Assembly (NCBI RefSeq): GCF_003334335.1
Contig: NZ_QOWQ01000099.1
From: Escherichia coli
Lineage (GTDB): Bacteria; Pseudomonadota; Gammaproteobacteria; Enterobacterales; Enterobacteriaceae
Length of the DNA stretch: 1,756 nucleotides
Direction: 5' to 3' (one strand)
The notes beneath the pieces were generated by a model. That model was not told where the DNA came from. It saw only the letters and a program-made list of their open reading frames with translations, and ran no database searches. Both the position numbers and the translations under genes were made by a program. Positions 1 to 1,756 of the stretch are shown in pieces; position 1 is the first letter of the stretch; each line of letters opens with the position of its first letter.

Positions 1-81
1 ATCAGACCGCTTCTGCGTTCTGATTTAATCTGTATCAGGCTGAAAATCTTCTCTCATCCGCCAAAACAGCTTCGGCGTTGT
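1..81 (-). other. 23S-5S intergenic transcribed spacer (partial); 3' flank of 23S in the rRNA primary transcript, including sequence that takes part in precursor processing
   Basis: The reverse complement of 1..81 reads ACAACGCCGAAGCTGTTTTGGCGGATGAGAGAAGATTTTCAGCCTGATACAGATTAAATCAGAACGCAGAAGCGGTCTGAT, which I recognise as the E. coli rrn-type sequence directly downstream of 23S and upstream of 5S. The window starts about 11 nt short of where the 5S gene would begin, so 5S itself is not in the window. Confidence 0.85.

Positions 82-1756
<1,675 letters not shown>

Overview
This window is almost entirely an rRNA gene, not a protein-coding or accessory locus. Positions 82..1756 are the 3' ~1,675 nt of a bacterial 23S (large-subunit) rRNA gene on the minus strand, of the Enterobacteriaceae (Escherichia/Shigella-like) type, running off the right edge of the window. 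Positions 1..81 are the start of the 23S-5S spacer, so a 5S rRNA gene is expected just beyond the left edge on the minus strand. Reverse-complementing the window gives recognisable 23S landmarks at the expected spacing: helix 69, the peptidyl-transferase centre, P-loop, A-loop, sarcin-ricin loop and the ...GGCUUAACCUU 3' terminus. All five ORFs in the supplied track lie inside the rRNA gene and are treated as artefacts. I find no evidence of a novel or undescribed system here. The only points of practical interest are that the antibiotic-target nucleotides I could place are wild type and that there is no intervening sequence in the covered region. Everything rests on reading the sequence against recalled E. 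coli 23S sequence and numbering; no database search or covariance-model scan was run.
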